Assembly (NCBI RefSeq): GCF_004010195.1
Contig: NC_057718.1
Span: 98,022,876-98,086,875, forward strand
DNA from: Chiloscyllium plagiosum
Taxonomy: Eukaryota
DNA: 64,000 nucleotides
Reading direction: 5' to 3'
A program made the position numbers and the translations under genes. This document shows, one piece after another, positions 62,061 to 64,000 of the stretch (the first letter of the stretch is position 1; each line of letters starts with the position of its first letter). The notes beneath the pieces were generated by a model. That model saw only the letters and a list, made by a program, of their open reading frames with translations. It had not been told where the DNA came from and ran no database searches.

Positions 62061-62314
62061 AACATCTGCCAGGTCAAGTTGTTGGAGTTCACAAGCTTCC
62101 TCCTCACTTCTGGTGGTTCTTCCATTGCGGCCTGGGACCTCAGTCCTATATGGATGCTGGTTTGGCCTGCGCTACCTGTGCTGTTGTCTAACAGGTAGAG
62201 TTTGGTTTAAGCTGCAGGCAAGCACAAAGCTTGGAGGCTGTGGCTGAATACCTGCTTTCTTCTTAAAAAGATTGAGGAAAGCAGAAGGTTGGCCATCACC
62301 ACCAGACCTAGACT

Positions 62315-62645
62315 GAAAATAAAGGGGATCAGATTTAGGACTGAGTTAAGGAGCAACTTCTTCACGCAAAGGGTTGCATTCCTGAAGAAGGGTTATACCC
62401 GAAACGTCGACTTCTCCACCTCCTGAGCTGTGTTCCTCCAGCCTTCTGCTTGTAAGCATTGAAGCAGTTGAGGCTATCTCGTTGAATGTTTTAAAGGTAA
62501 AGATAGATTGTTGAAAAGTAAAGTAATTAAGGGTTATGGTTTTTGGGTGGGTAAGTCCACCAAAAGATCAGCCATGATCTTATTGAATGGCGCAATGGGC
62601 TTGATGGGCCAGATGGCCTACTCCTGCTCCTAGTTCTTATGTTCC
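62315..62645 (+). mobile_element. CR1 3' fragment with nested hammerhead-bearing PLE fragment (about 62377-62452)
   Basis: AUUC-CUGAAGA-A-GGGU-UAU-ACCC-GAAA-CGUC at 62378-62408. Confidence 0.82.
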
Positions 62646-63744
62646 TATCTCTAGAAATCCCAAATCCAACGAAACATTCCAACATTCCAAGACCCTTCTT
62701 ATTTTGATTGCATTCTGGAATACATACCGCAGTTACCCAAGTCCCATAGCGCCTTTCCAGTCTTCCCTGAAGTGGAAGGGGGAGGCCATGTTCCCAGATC
62801 CCTGAGTTGTTTAGAGCATGCCATCCCCTCCTTGTGGATGCAGATCACATGCTTGTCATCAGTGAAGGCCAATCTCCCATTGTTGATAATTCTAACTGAC
62901 ATGGCATCTCTACTTGCATTGAAGAAAAGTACACGAATTGCCTTGAACAGGACATCAATTGGTAGCGTGTCTCAAAAACATACCAAGAAATACATTCATT
63001 TCTGCTGTGCTCCAGTAGGGAGCAGCACCTGGACATTGGGCACAATATGAGGTGATTCTGATTCCCCACTCGCTTTGACTGAGGCTGACAACTGGAGACC
63101 TACTCTGTTTTCACTCGCATTTCTTACAGAAATACCTCTTTGCTGAAGTGGTGGTACGTAAGTGGAAGACTGCGCTATCAGTATGGGTGGTAGGTCAAGA
63201 AAGCTTTGTGTGTTTTGAGGACAATTGCTTTTGCCAGCAAAGCTGCTGTTTGATGGTGCCTTGTGAATCATGTTGAGTAAGCCATGATGGAAAGGGTGCT
63301 GCACTAGATCTGCTAAAGTGAGAACTTTATTGGAGATTAATCTTCTAGGACCTGAGGCCTTTGCAAAACATCATGCCAAATGCAGCCAGCTACATCTAGA
63401 TCTTGCTCGTCTTGCCACAGACAATGCACATCATCAGGAAGGGCTCATCATTTGTAATCTCCTCAAATGTTCCAGCTGACATCGGATTTGAGTTCCATTG
63501 CAATTCAGTGTGATGACAAAGGAAGAAAGATAGCTATAATTAGTAATCCAATATCATAATACAGCCTGTACCTGCACTGAATACTGTTACTGAAATGCCA
63601 GAAGTGATTTTGGCTGCTTCCTGGCCTTGTACGAGAGGTGAATTGACAGTATTCACAGTTTTACTTTGAATTTGCTTTGGGGAAAAAAAATCAAAGTGTC
63701 TGTTGAAATTGAGTGACTACTTTCCATTATAACAAGAGCAAACC

Positions 63745-63852
63745 ACTCTGGATGCTGGAGATCTGAAATAAAAGCAGAAAATGCTGGAGAAGCTAAACAG
63801 GTCTGGCAGTATCTATGCAGAGAGAAACAGAGTTCACACTTTGAGTCCAATA
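63745..63852 (-). mobile_element. Family C PLE end
   Basis: gatgctggagatctgaaataaaagcagaaaatgctggag...caggtctggcag. Confidence 0.7.
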
Positions 63853-63854
63853 TG

Positions 63855-64000
63855 ATTTACAAGGATGTTGCCAGAGTTGGAGAATTTGAGCTATAGGGAG
63901 AGGCTGAACAGGCTGGGGCTGTTTTCCCTGGAGTGTCGGAGGCTGAGAGGTGACCTTATAGAGGTTTACAAAATTATGAGGGGCATGGATAGGATAAATA
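63855..64000 (+). mobile_element. HER1/CR1 fragment running off the window
   Basis: FTRMLPELENLSYRERLNRLGLFSLECRRLRGDLIEVYKIMRGMDR. Confidence 0.92.

Overview
Repeat-dense vertebrate DNA, almost certainly a shark or other elasmobranch (inferred from HE1-type SINEs, HER1/CR1 LINEs and a SacSINE1/AmnSINE1-like DeuSINE). It looks intronic or intergenic, and I found no recognisable host protein-coding exon. Contents: many CR1/HER1 3' fragments, about 18 HE1 SINEs, two other tRNA-type SINE families, Rex1/Babar-like LINE ends, two solo LTRs, two Tigger-like MITEs, long (CA)n-type satellites and one N gap. The only substantial protein-coding ORF is the RT-thumb plus GIY-YIG C-terminus of a Penelope-like element (PLE) at 3037-3864 (-). 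The most striking signal is more than 20 short, mostly fold-back PLE-terminal insertions of at least four sequence families, many with 11-15 bp target-site duplications (TSDs). Most carry an intact or decayed minimal hammerhead ribozyme: stem I-CUGANGA-N-stem II-GAAA-(CG/GC)-UH-stem I', with a palindromic ACGU/AGCU in place of stem III. Stems I and II covary within and between families. All repeat family names come from recognising the sequence by eye, not from database searches, and boundaries without TSDs are approximate.
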